Source: Spirochaetia bacterium (GTDB taxonomy: Bacteria; Spirochaetota; Spirochaetia; SP-2023). From it: DNA of 64,000 nt. The notes under the pieces were generated by a model. It was not told the origin of the DNA and searched no databases. It saw nothing but the letters and a program-made list of their open reading frames with translations. A program made the position numbers and the translations under genes. Position 1 is the first letter of the stretch, and each line of letters starts with the position of its first letter. The stretch lies in the NCBI GenBank assembly GCA_965225855.1, contig CBDDCK010000005.1:1696001-1760000 (forward strand). Reading direction: 5' to 3'. Positions 51,040 through 60,559 of the stretch are shown piece after piece.

Positions 51040-52161
51040 TCAACTTAGAAATTCCACTTCAGCATCACTATGCAAATGCTTTGGAGATTTGTGAACAATC
51101 TCTGTGGGGTGTAAATCTTTAGGGTTGGACAACAAAGCTTCATCGTTGGACAACAAAGCTTCATCAAATTCGTCCATAAACTCATCTACTTGAAACTCAT
51201 CTACTTGAAATGGCTGTGTGGGTTGTGCATATTGTGGAGTTGCAAAATATTCTTTTGTAACGGCTTGGCTGGCAACCGGGTTTGTCTGACTCTTTTGATC
51301 TACCGGATAAGCGTCCGTATCAATAACAGTATTAGGCTCGCCATGCATTCGATCGGTTTGAGTCGTATCAATACTGTGTTGGCCCTGTGGGTCGGTAGCA
51401 ATAACTTCTGCCCCATTCTGCTGATTGTAAAAAGCAATCGCCTGCTTGTACCATTCAATTGCTTTTGGGTAGTCTTGTAGCTTAACCTCATACAGTTGGC
51501 ATAGCAAATTGATCGCATATAAACTCTTGCTCTTAGCAGCTAAAGAATACCATTCAATTGCTTTCGGGTAGTCTTTCTGCGTATTTTCATAAAACTGGCC
51601 AAGTGCAATTGCACTGCCCAAATCACCCAATTGCACCGCACGTTTATACCACTCAATCGCCATATCAAAATCTCGATAGCAATGCATATAAATTCGGCAC
51701 AAATGGGAAATAGCCCGCAAATTATTCTGCTGCGCAGCTTTACGATACCAAGCAACCGCTTCATCGTAATCTTCAAAATAAAATTCCAGCAGGTAACCCG
51801 CACGAATCATAGAGAATTGATCGCCATAATGCCCCGCTTCAGAATACCAATCAATAGCATTGTCAATATCTTCTAAACTTTGTTCATAAATAACCGCAAT
51901 GCGGCACATATAATGTAAATAATCATGGTTGGCTTGGTTATCGTGAATAGCCAATTTCTGGTAGTGCTTAATCGCACTCGGATAATCCTGTTGGTATTCC
52001 GCATAGGCCGCCAATTCCGCTATAGCCCATTTTTTACCCTGTTCTGCAGCCCGCAAAACTTGCTTGTAGCTAATATCAAATTCACGGTCGCGCGTGTTTC
52101 CATCTTTGTTTTTTAACTTAAACCAGCTATTGCGCACCTTGGGCTTTGTTTGTATCCCCAT
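51040..52161 (-). CDS. Sel1-like repeat protein
   Basis: Repeated DYxxAIEWYxxAA units; low-complexity tail with 15- and 21-bp tandem duplications. Confidence 0.85.
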   Translation of the reverse strand: MGIQTKPKVRNSWFKLKNKDGNTRDREFDISYKQVLRAAEQGKKWAIAELAAYAEYQQDYPSAIKHYQKLAIHDNQANHDYLHYMCRIAVIYEQSLEDIDNAIDWYSEAGHYGDQFSMIRAGYLLEFYFEDYDEAVAWYRKAAQQNNLRAISHLCRIYMHCYRDFDMAIEWYKRAVQLGDLGSAIALGQFYENTQKDYPKAIEWYSLAAKSKSLYAINLLCQLYEVKLQDYPKAIEWYKQAIAFYNQQNGAEVIATDPQGQHSIDTTQTDRMHGEPNTVIDTDAYPVDQKSQTNPVASQAVTKEYFATPQYAQPTQPFQVDEFQVDEFMDEFDEALLSNDEALLSNPKDLHPTEIVHKSPKHLHSDAEVEFLS

Positions 52162-52524
52162 ATATAGTTCCCCTTCAAACACGTGCTACAATTTTGCTTG
52201 CAGCACCAAGTTCTACTGGGATTCTATTGAGATCGCCCAAATTATCAATCATTTCCCATGTTGTTTTCTCCGTTGTATTGAAAAATATAAACAAAGAACA
52301 GCACAAAATAACAACCAGCTAGAATTTACTGCCATATAGACAAATGTGAAAATCTTATAGCCTCCATTTAATTGCAGCCTTGGCTTTCAAAAATTAGAGC
52401 CTTGACTTTCAAAATTGCAGTCCTTATACCATAAAATATAACCGCTGGATAAAGCAATTACATACCACAAAAAATAACTTTAAATGGCTAGACAAACACA
52501 GTCTATCTGCCACAATTCCCAACT

Positions 52525-53613
52525 ATGGAATTTATAGACTTAAAAAGCCAGCAACAAAAAATTGCAACCGCATTGCAACAAAAAATTGCAACCGTATTAC
52601 AACACGGTAAATACATTGACGGGCCAGAAGTAGCCGAGCTAGAAACTCAGATAGAAAGTTTGCTGAATAAAAAAGTCCATGCTATAGCTTGTGCTAACGG
52701 CACGGATGCCCTGCAAATAGCTTGTATGGCCTTGGGCTTAAAAGCTGGGGACGAAGTCATCACCACACCACTCAGTTTTATGGCCACCGTCGAAGTCCCC
52801 GTTTTATTGGGTTTAAAGCCGGTGTTTGTCGATGTGGAAGCACAAACAGGCAACCTAGACTCAAACAAATTAGAGGCTGCCATTACCCCCCAAACCAAGC
52901 TAATTTTACCCGTAAGCCTTTATGGCCAATGCGCAAACTATACAAAAATCAATCGTATTGCTGCAAAGCACCAGATTCCGGTGCTAGAAGATGGCGCAGA
53001 AAGTTTTGGTGGCCAACACCACGGTTGCCTTTCTGGCACGCTAACCGATATAGCAACCACTAGCTTCTTTCCAGCCAAGCCGTTAGGCTGCTATGGCGAT
53101 GGAGGCATGGTTTTTACCAAAAATTCAAAACTAGCTACGGTAATTCGGCGCATTTGTCGGCACGGTCAAAGCGCACGCTATCAGCATAGTCTAGTAGGCG
53201 TCAACAGCCGCCTAGATACAATTCAAGCAGCCGTGTTATTGACAAAATTAAATGTATTGCAAAGTGAACACCAAAAAAAGCAGGAAATCGCAAAATACTA
53301 CTACTCTGCTTTTAAAAACAAAACTGGCCTATTGCCAGCCCAACCCGAAAATGAATCTGCTCACGGTTACTTTCCCATTTTAGTAGAGCACCGCGACAAT
53401 ATGAGGCAAGCTTTTGAGCAAGCACAAATCCCCTATAGTTTACACTTCCCTTGCTTGCATACGCAAACCGCAATAGCCAACCTCGGCTACCTCCAAGGGG
53501 ATTTTCCCATCGCCGAGCGTATTTCCCGCCAAGTTATGACTATACCGATGCACGCTTACCTAACGGATACAGAAATAGAACAAATTGTTTCTTGCATCGT
53601 GAAAAATAGCTAA
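52525..53613 (+). CDS. DegT/DnrJ/EryC1/StrS aminotransferase (WbpE-like)
   Basis: NGTDAL, SFFPAKPLGCYGDGG and NSRLDTIQAA. Confidence 0.92.
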   Translation: MEFIDLKSQQQKIATALQQKIATVLQHGKYIDGPEVAELETQIESLLNKKVHAIACANGTDALQIACMALGLKAGDEVITTPLSFMATVEVPVLLGLKPVFVDVEAQTGNLDSNKLEAAITPQTKLILPVSLYGQCANYTKINRIAAKHQIPVLEDGAESFGGQHHGCLSGTLTDIATTSFFPAKPLGCYGDGGMVFTKNSKLATVIRRICRHGQSARYQHSLVGVNSRLDTIQAAVLLTKLNVLQSEHQKKQEIAKYYYSAFKNKTGLLPAQPENESAHGYFPILVEHRDNMRQAFEQAQIPYSLHFPCLHTQTAIANLGYLQGDFPIAERISRQVMTIPMHAYLTDTEIEQIVSCIVKNS

Positions 53614-53616
53614 AAA

Positions 53617-54309
53617 TTAACGGTAGACTAAACGATAATGCTTTTCTCGTTGCAACAGGGCAAATTCCAACAGGCTTAGCCGAAAAACCACAGTATTATT
53701 GCTTTCCATACTACCGCCAGTTTGTGAGATTACCTTGCCCGGAACTTGTACATAGATCACCGCTTTTGCTTGTTGTATATCTCGGCGGGCATCTGAACCA
53801 AAGCTATATTCAACCATATCTAAATAATCATTCTGGTTCATTCCATTGGTTGTTGCCGGCCCATAAAGCTGCAGCAAAGGATTATCGCGCATAGCCGGAA
53901 AACGGCGTTCTAGCTCTTGATACGTTTTGCGGTTAATCGTAATGGAAAGGCGCTTATCGCCATTGGGCTCGGTACTCCAGAAAAAAATATCTTGCTTGTT
54001 TCCAGCAAAATTGGCAAACCGAAATCGAATATTATACGAACCTTCTTTTTCTGAGGTTACCACCGGCTGTAAAATATCTTTACTAGCTTTCAGCCCCCTA
54101 GCAATGCTTTCTGGCTTCAATAGCTCCTCTCCACCGGGAATACTAGCCGCTATAATATTGATATTCTCCAGCATATAGGGTGGCAGCTCAAAGCTTAAAT
54201 CCATACTACCTTGGCCAACACCATCTAATACAATTTTATTTTGTAATTTGCAGGAAAGCATAGTTACAAAAATTACAGCTATGGTACAGTACCACAATAT
54301 TTTATTCAT
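53617..54309 (-). CDS. Lipoprotein of unknown function
   Basis: MLS-C lipobox; VPGKVISQTGG C-terminal motif. Confidence 0.75.
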   Translation of the reverse strand: MNKILWYCTIAVIFVTMLSCKLQNKIVLDGVGQGSMDLSFELPPYMLENINIIAASIPGGEELLKPESIARGLKASKDILQPVVTSEKEGSYNIRFRFANFAGNKQDIFFWSTEPNGDKRLSITINRKTYQELERRFPAMRDNPLLQLYGPATTNGMNQNDYLDMVEYSFGSDARRDIQQAKAVIYVQVPGKVISQTGGSMESNNTVVFRLSLLEFALLQREKHYRLVYR

Positions 54310-54386
54310 AAAAGTCCTATTTCCTTTTGGCTCAAACCCCCAGTAGCCTCGCTACCACTATTGAGCAGAGAATACTCAAAATTCCG

Positions 54387-55505
54387 TTATGGTTGTATTT
54401 GATTTATGCTAATGTATCGCCCTTGTTGTTCATCGGAAACAAAACAAGCATCAAGCACGCGCTGGATTTCTGCACCGCGGGCAAAATCGGGAGGCTCCGC
54501 ACAACCAGTTTTTATGCTGTGGACAAAACGCTGATAGTTACTTGGCGTTTGTGGGCAATACACGGTATACCAATGGGCCCTATCTTTGTTTTGTTCATCG
54601 CAAAGCTGTAAAATATTCGGGCTGGCATCTAAATCTATTTTGAGGCCGCCTTTCGTTCCATAAATCCCCATATACAAAGAATTGGTATGTCCAGTTGCCC
54701 AGCGGCTAGTGTTAAGATTTGCTAGTGCTCCAGAAGCGAAAGTCAAATTAATCAAGGCTGAATCATTTGCATCTAAAGGATATTCGCCAAGTTGTTTGCC
54801 TTTGACGAATTCAAAAGTCTTTAAGGTACAGTGAACAGCCTCAATAGCGCCAGTTTCTGTAGCAACCGGAAAACTCGCAAAGTCTAGGATATGTACACCT
54901 ATATCGCCTAACACCCCTTTGCTACCGTGCTGGGTAGAAAGCCTCCACAACCAAGCTGGATTACTACGCCAGTCTCCCCAAACTTGGGAACTCAACCAAC
55001 TTTGGAAGTATCGGGCCTCAATGTGGATAATTTCGCCGATTTCTCCACTGGCAATAATCTGCTGAGCCTGCTGTAGCGCAGGGGCATTGCGATAACTAAA
55101 GTTTACCATATTCTGCAAGCCAGTAGTTTTTGCTACAGTAACCATACGCTGGGCATCGCCATAGCTTAGGGCTAAAGGTTTTTCACACAATACATGTTTA
55201 CCCGCTTCCAATGCTGCAATACTCAACTGTGCGTGGCAAGCATCTGGTGTTATTATAGAAACAGCATCAAGTTGTGGGTCTGCCAATAAATCTTCAACGT
55301 TGCTATAAGTATTCGCAATTTGAAAGTTATGGGAAAATCCGGCTAATGCCTCGGCCTTTAAATCACAAGCTGCAATTAATGTGCAGCTTGTTTTTTCCAT
55401 TTGCTGAAAAGCTTGAGCATGGGCCGAAGCCATAAGGCCGGTGCCGATAATTCCCAAGCAAACACTAGAGGGAGCATCGGAGTTGAAGATAGCAGCCTCT
55501 GCCAT
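54387..55505 (-). CDS. Gfo/Idh/MocA oxidoreductase (ThuB-like)
   Basis: GIIGTG, HVLCEKPLA and GVLGDIGVHILD; coupled to thuA. Confidence 0.9.
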   Translation of the reverse strand: MAEAAIFNSDAPSSVCLGIIGTGLMASAHAQAFQQMEKTSCTLIAACDLKAEALAGFSHNFQIANTYSNVEDLLADPQLDAVSIITPDACHAQLSIAALEAGKHVLCEKPLALSYGDAQRMVTVAKTTGLQNMVNFSYRNAPALQQAQQIIASGEIGEIIHIEARYFQSWLSSQVWGDWRSNPAWLWRLSTQHGSKGVLGDIGVHILDFASFPVATETGAIEAVHCTLKTFEFVKGKQLGEYPLDANDSALINLTFASGALANLNTSRWATGHTNSLYMGIYGTKGGLKIDLDASPNILQLCDEQNKDRAHWYTVYCPQTPSNYQRFVHSIKTGCAEPPDFARGAEIQRVLDACFVSDEQQGRYISINQIQP

Positions 55506-56272
55506 TAACGAAGCCCTTTTTCGCTTTTGTGAACATAACCAAAAATCGGTATTATCGGTGCCCCATTTGGTGCATCTTCAACATCTTTCCAAGGATTATC
55601 ATTATAAACATAACGCACTGCATTCGTAATAATTTTCTGAATCATAGGCTGCTGATAAATAGGATAGCTCTCGTGCCCGGGTTGAAAATAAAATATTTTA
55701 CCCGCTGCGCGCCGATAAACCAAGCCCGAGCGAAACACATTACCACCTGAAAACCAACCCATAAAAACGGTTTCATCGGCTTCTGGAACAACAAATGGTT
55801 CGCCATACATTTCTTCTTTTTCAAGAATAAAATGGGGTGGTACGCCTTTGGCAATCGGGTGACTAGGGTTTACTGTCCAAATTACTTCTTGTTCGTCAGC
55901 TTCGCGCCACTGCAAGGCACAACTACTGCCCATCATACTGCGGAATATTTTAGAAAAATGGCCTGAATGGAGCACAATCAACCCCATTCCTTGTAAGACT
56001 CTTTCGCGCACGCGAGCCACTACTTCATCACTTACTTGGCCATGGGCCGCATGTCCCCACCACAACAATACATCACAGTTGTCCAAGCGAGACTGAGGCA
56101 AACCATGTTCTGCTTCTTGCAAAGTAGCCGTTTCAGCCTGTATATCTGGTTCTTTATTCAAAAATTCTGCTAAGCACCTGTGAATCCCTTTAGGGTAATT
56201 ATCTCGCACGGTTTGCATTTCAAGTTCGTGAATATTTTCATTCCAAGCAATAACATTGATTTTATCGGGCAT
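55505..56272 (-). CDS. thuA: ThuA-family trehalose utilisation protein
   Basis: WNENIHE, WWGHAAH, LHSGHFSKIF, EEMYGE and FQPGHESYP. Confidence 0.9.
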   Translation of the reverse strand: MPDKINVIAWNENIHELEMQTVRDNYPKGIHRCLAEFLNKEPDIQAETATLQEAEHGLPQSRLDNCDVLLWWGHAAHGQVSDEVVARVRERVLQGMGLIVLHSGHFSKIFRSMMGSSCALQWREADEQEVIWTVNPSHPIAKGVPPHFILEKEEMYGEPFVVPEADETVFMGWFSGGNVFRSGLVYRRAAGKIFYFQPGHESYPIYQQPMIQKIITNAVRYVYNDNPWKDVEDAPNGAPIIPIFGYVHKSEKGLR

Positions 56273-56602
56273 TCTATCACCTACATTTTATTTATGATTT
56301 TGAACTTCCATTATCTAAGATATTTTATTTATATAAATAAAATTATATGAATCCACCACACGGAAGCTGGTTCGATCCTACTTGTTTATAGTACTTTGTC
56401 AACCGTTTACGATAGTTTCATATTCATTCATGGAATTTCTTGGTTTACACAAATAATCCATATCTTGGATTTACAAGTAGAATTGATCAGAGTAGGATTG
56501 AGGCTTTTGGTAGTGTATTCTGAAAATATAAAGATCATTGATAATACTAATAGTACATGACTATGGTTATATTTCATGAATATTACTATGTGAGGGGAAT
56601 AT

Positions 56603-58525
56603 ATGGATGATGCAAAGCAGCAGTCTTTGGAAAATCAAAATTCGCTTGAAGAAGAAAAGCTTGACTCTCCTTTGAACGATAACGATGCAAAAGCTTACGA
56701 TTATGCGGCTCAAAATTTATTGCAAATTCCAATTGAAAAAACAAATTTGAAAAATTCTGTACAAAATACTTTGACAAGGGGAGGGCTTAGAGTTCGCAGT
56801 AAAACCAAACTGCCTAAATCCGCCAAACCCAAAAAATCCGCCCCAAAAAATAGGCAAACTGCAAAATTGAAAACATTTTTAACTGGGTTATTAATTGCGA
56901 TATTTTGCTTTCTAATTAGTTACGGAACTTTGTTTTATTTGAATCAACAAGAATATTCTTTTTTACGGCTAAGTCAGACATTGAAAGAAAATATTTGGCT
57001 GATGTTATTCATTATAGCAATCGTATCTTGTGTAATGACGATATTGCTGGTTTTTCTATTATATATAATCAAATTTTTGAACTCTTGGGTTACGAGCGGC
57101 CAATTGCGCCAAAAAAATGCAATAAAAAAAGATAAAAGGCCTTCAGCTCTGGCTTCCCAGCCTTCACCAGCTAATTTTTCTAATAATTTAGCTACAGAAA
57201 AAACAGAAGAGCAAACTACTGCTCAAACCAAAGCTTCGCCATTGCAGCAAGGGCAGCCAAATGCGCATCTTCAAACCGAAGTAAACATAGAAACGGCGGA
57301 AGAAAAAATTCCAAAACCTCTTGGAGCAGAAACACTTGTAAAACAATATGATGACTGGAATAGTTGGCAATTTCATTTTAGTTTACAATTCCTTCTACGT
57401 AGAAAATTAGTTTATCGTTTGCAAAGTTTAGCTGCGATTTTTGTTAGTTTATTGTCTATAGTTTTAGCTATGAGCTATGTTGTAGATATACTCCCTATCG
57501 CATTGTTATTTTTTGCGTTATTTTTATTGGCTGGTATTTTCTTTTTAATTTATTTGCGCAATCAATATGTGACCAATCAGGAACATATTTTTCAAAGTAT
57601 GTTGCAACAGATTTACCAATATTCTAGCCCAACCAATTCTTATAACCAATTAAATGCAGTCAATATGCTATATGCTTTAGCTTTTACCGAAGCCCGCTAT
57701 TTTCAAAAACGGGTTATTATAGAGTTTCAAAATATTTTGAAACTGACTCGCAGTTCTTGGTATCAAACAAAATACAATAATTCTCCATCTATATTAGTTG
57801 AAGAAGTTTTGCGTAAATTGCTTTCAGCAGTAAATTTTCGGCAGCTATTAGCCTATAAGCAAATTATCCATATACCGATGTTTTTTCGCTGTAATTTACT
57901 GCGTGAATATTTATATCATGGCTTATTTCTAAAATCTTTCCAGAGTTTTCAAGCTTTTCGCTCTCAGGCCACGGTTAGTTTATTGAGCCAAATGGGAGAA
58001 GAAAATCAACCTCGGAAAGAGAATCGGCGAGCAAAGTCACCGTTTGTGCTTGAAAACTATTATTTAGTTGGTATGAATTTGTCTAATCTTCGGGTAAAAG
58101 AAGCCCATTTTCAAAATTGTCAATTGAGTCGTAGTAATTGGGCCAATAGTGATTTAAGTGATTGCAATATTTCTTCCTGTCGCCTAGAGCAAGCCATATT
58201 TTACCGTTCCAGTTGGAGGCGTTTTTTGTGGACGGCAAATACAGCGTGTGATCTTGAATTCGAGCATTGCCTTTTTTTACAAGGTAATCTGAAATATTGC
58301 AATTTAGGAGGGATTCAAAGCAATAATTCTTGGAAGCTGCAGCACTGTTTGTTGCAAGAATGTGATTTGAATCATTCGGTTTTGTACATAGAGACTTGGC
58401 AAAGTGTCAAAGCTTCCAGTTGTAAATGGAATGGCGCTTTGCTCTACCTTGAGGCAGAGTTTTATACGGTAGATACAGAAAATCTAGCGAATATTTTGGG
58501 GAACCGTTTACAAATTAAAGCTTGA
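56603..58525 (+). CDS. Membrane protein with C-terminal pentapeptide-like repeats
   Basis: Four TM segments; C-terminal NLSNL..AHFQNCQLSRSNWANSDLSDC periodicity. Confidence 0.7.
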   Translation: MDDAKQQSLENQNSLEEEKLDSPLNDNDAKAYDYAAQNLLQIPIEKTNLKNSVQNTLTRGGLRVRSKTKLPKSAKPKKSAPKNRQTAKLKTFLTGLLIAIFCFLISYGTLFYLNQQEYSFLRLSQTLKENIWLMLFIIAIVSCVMTILLVFLLYIIKFLNSWVTSGQLRQKNAIKKDKRPSALASQPSPANFSNNLATEKTEEQTTAQTKASPLQQGQPNAHLQTEVNIETAEEKIPKPLGAETLVKQYDDWNSWQFHFSLQFLLRRKLVYRLQSLAAIFVSLLSIVLAMSYVVDILPIALLFFALFLLAGIFFLIYLRNQYVTNQEHIFQSMLQQIYQYSSPTNSYNQLNAVNMLYALAFTEARYFQKRVIIEFQNILKLTRSSWYQTKYNNSPSILVEEVLRKLLSAVNFRQLLAYKQIIHIPMFFRCNLLREYLYHGLFLKSFQSFQAFRSQATVSLLSQMGEENQPRKENRRAKSPFVLENYYLVGMNLSNLRVKEAHFQNCQLSRSNWANSDLSDCNISSCRLEQAIFYRSSWRRFLWTANTACDLEFEHCLFLQGNLKYCNLGGIQSNNSWKLQHCLLQECDLNHSVLYIETWQSVKASSCKWNGALLYLEAEFYTVDTENLANILGNRLQIKA

Positions 58526-58540
58526 ATTTTCTTACTTTTT

Positions 58541-58993
58541 ATGAGAAAGATTATTTTTGTTGGTATCAGTTTTTTATTGATAGCTTTGTTTTTACTAAGA
58601 TTTTTCCCTTTTGTGCAGGTGCGGGAAAATTCTATGAGCCCGACTCTAAAATCTGAAAGCTTGCTGGTGTTAAACCGTTTATCCTACATATTTTACGATG
58701 TCGGTATGGGAGACGTGCTAGTTTTTTTCAGTGATAAAGAGGAACAAATAATTAAACGTTGTGTTTTGGTGCAGCGGGCACCTTTGTATTGGCAAGGAAA
58801 ATATCTTTATATACCTTATTTAGGAATCTCAATAGAAGTCAATGAAACCGTGCGCAGAAAGCTGGTCATTTTCGATAGCGTGCCTGATGGGTTTATTTTC
58901 GTACTGGGAGACAATCTTTCCCAGTCAATTGATTCTCGCAACTACGGTTTGGTTTCCCTTGCCCAAGTTCAGGGCAAGATTTTGTGGCTATAA
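58541..58993 (+). CDS. lepB: Signal peptidase I
   Basis: SMSPTL, IIKR and FVLGDN..QSIDSRNYG. Confidence 0.9.
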   Translation: MRKIIFVGISFLLIALFLLRFFPFVQVRENSMSPTLKSESLLVLNRLSYIFYDVGMGDVLVFFSDKEEQIIKRCVLVQRAPLYWQGKYLYIPYLGISIEVNETVRRKLVIFDSVPDGFIFVLGDNLSQSIDSRNYGLVSLAQVQGKILWL

Positions 58994-59136
58994 TTGCATT
59001 TACTTTCGCGTAAAAGATCAACAAATGTTTTGGTTATTAGTGAAAAAGCAAAAGCCGATATTCCATTGGTTTTTCTTGATTCCTCATGTTTTTCCAATGC
59101 ACTATTATTCATAATGCTTCCTGTACTATAAAATGT

Positions 59137-59814
59137 CTAGCCAATCTTTGCTTTCATTGCTGCTAATTTGTCAGCAACGGAACTAGAAATTTCTTTTGAT
59201 TCCAAATTGTCAAATTCTTTTTCAAGGGAGTCCGTACCATTGTTTTTTAGCAATTCTCCTGCTGCATCTGCTTCGTAAGAGTTTTGTTGAGCTTTGGCTC
59301 GCATACGTTCAATTAAATCATTGGTGCTGGATTTACCAATTTTCGCTTTCGCATTGTAAATATCTTTTTTTACATCAGCTGCTTTGCTTTGGGCTATAAT
59401 TAAATTGCGTTCACGTTTTAAAGAAGCAAAGTCATTTTCCATTTCTTGCAGAGATTGTTTTAGTTGGCCACTTTCACCATGTTGTAATTGCCATTGCTGT
59501 TGATAGCTAGCTGCTTCTCTTTCATGTTCTTCTGCACGCTGTAAAGCTTGGGCTGCCAAATCTTCTTTACCGGCTTTTAATGCAAGTTCTGCTTTATTTG
59601 TCCAATCTTTTTGGTTACTCAAAGCTCTATCGAGTTCTGCTTTGGTTTGCTTTTCAGTTGCAATTACTTTTACGATTGCAGCACGAGCTTCCGCAATTTG
59701 TCGTTCTCGGTCCCGGATTGCTTGATCAATCATCTTTTCTGGTTTTTCCAGTTTATCGAGTAGCTGATTGGCCTCTGCCTGACCAATTTTAAACATGCGG
59801 GATAATAGACCCAT
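59137..59814 (-). CDS. PspA/IM30 family protein
   Basis: LDKLEKPEKMIDQAIRD...AELAL..G.EDLA..AL coiled coil. Confidence 0.9.
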   Translation of the reverse strand: MGLLSRMFKIGQAEANQLLDKLEKPEKMIDQAIRDRERQIAEARAAIVKVIATEKQTKAELDRALSNQKDWTNKAELALKAGKEDLAAQALQRAEEHEREAASYQQQWQLQHGESGQLKQSLQEMENDFASLKRERNLIIAQSKAADVKKDIYNAKAKIGKSSTNDLIERMRAKAQQNSYEADAAGELLKNNGTDSLEKEFDNLESKEISSSVADKLAAMKAKIG

Positions 59815-59853
59815 AATTATACCTCTTTCTATTGTTTTGTTTGGTTATTATCG

Positions 59854-60255
59854 TTAATCGAATAATTGCTGTACTCGCAAGCAAGCTAAGCCCATACTTT
59901 CTAATACGGACAGGATTTCATTGCTATCTAGGTTTTCACCTTCCAAGCGTTCTACTAAACATAACTGGTTGGCTTGGCTGTTAATCGCTACGCTAACAGG
60001 GGCAATCTCACTATTTAGGTCTAGCAATTTGTATAGAACAGCTGCATTTTGCCTAAGGTTGCCTAACTCACCAAGACTTAGTTCAAAATACAAAGTGGCT
60101 GCTTGGTCTAAGTTTTCTAAGGCGATATAGATACTAGGCCCACCGATGTTTTTTACCGCAAGAATATTATCCTTAAGAGTCTCAACCAGATAATCATGGT
60201 TTTCCAGAAATTCGGTAAGTGGTTGTTGTGTTGTACTACGTATAGTTATATCCAT
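59854..60255 (-). CDS. YjfI/DUF2170-like chaperone-fold protein
   Basis: LYKLLDLNSEIAP...ENLDSNE pattern, directly upstream of a PspA-family gene, as in yjfIJ. Confidence 0.6.
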   Translation of the reverse strand: MDITIRSTTQQPLTEFLENHDYLVETLKDNILAVKNIGGPSIYIALENLDQAATLYFELSLGELGNLRQNAAVLYKLLDLNSEIAPVSVAINSQANQLCLVERLEGENLDSNEILSVLESMGLACLRVQQLFD

Positions 60256-60559
60256 CACTATCTCCTGCTGATGTTTCACTGTAATAATAAGCAAAAATTG
60301 TTTAATGTACAATAAAAATTTGGGGCATTTCTTAAATGCATCTTCTTATTTACGACTTTTAAACACCATAACATTTATAGAATATTCTACTAAAGGCTAT
60401 GTATTTATTAGCCGTTGTGAATTTATGCCAAACAGAATAAAAGATAATGAAAAAAGTATACTTGCTTATTCACAAAATAAGAGTATTGTTTTATTCAATC
60501 AAGAAATATTTAGGTATGATAATATTTCTTGATTGAATAATTTATTTTAGGAAGGATTT

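Noticed and set aside
56340..56400. tRNA suggested by GGTTCGATCC
   Set aside because: No T-stem pairing, acceptor stem or cloverleaf around it.
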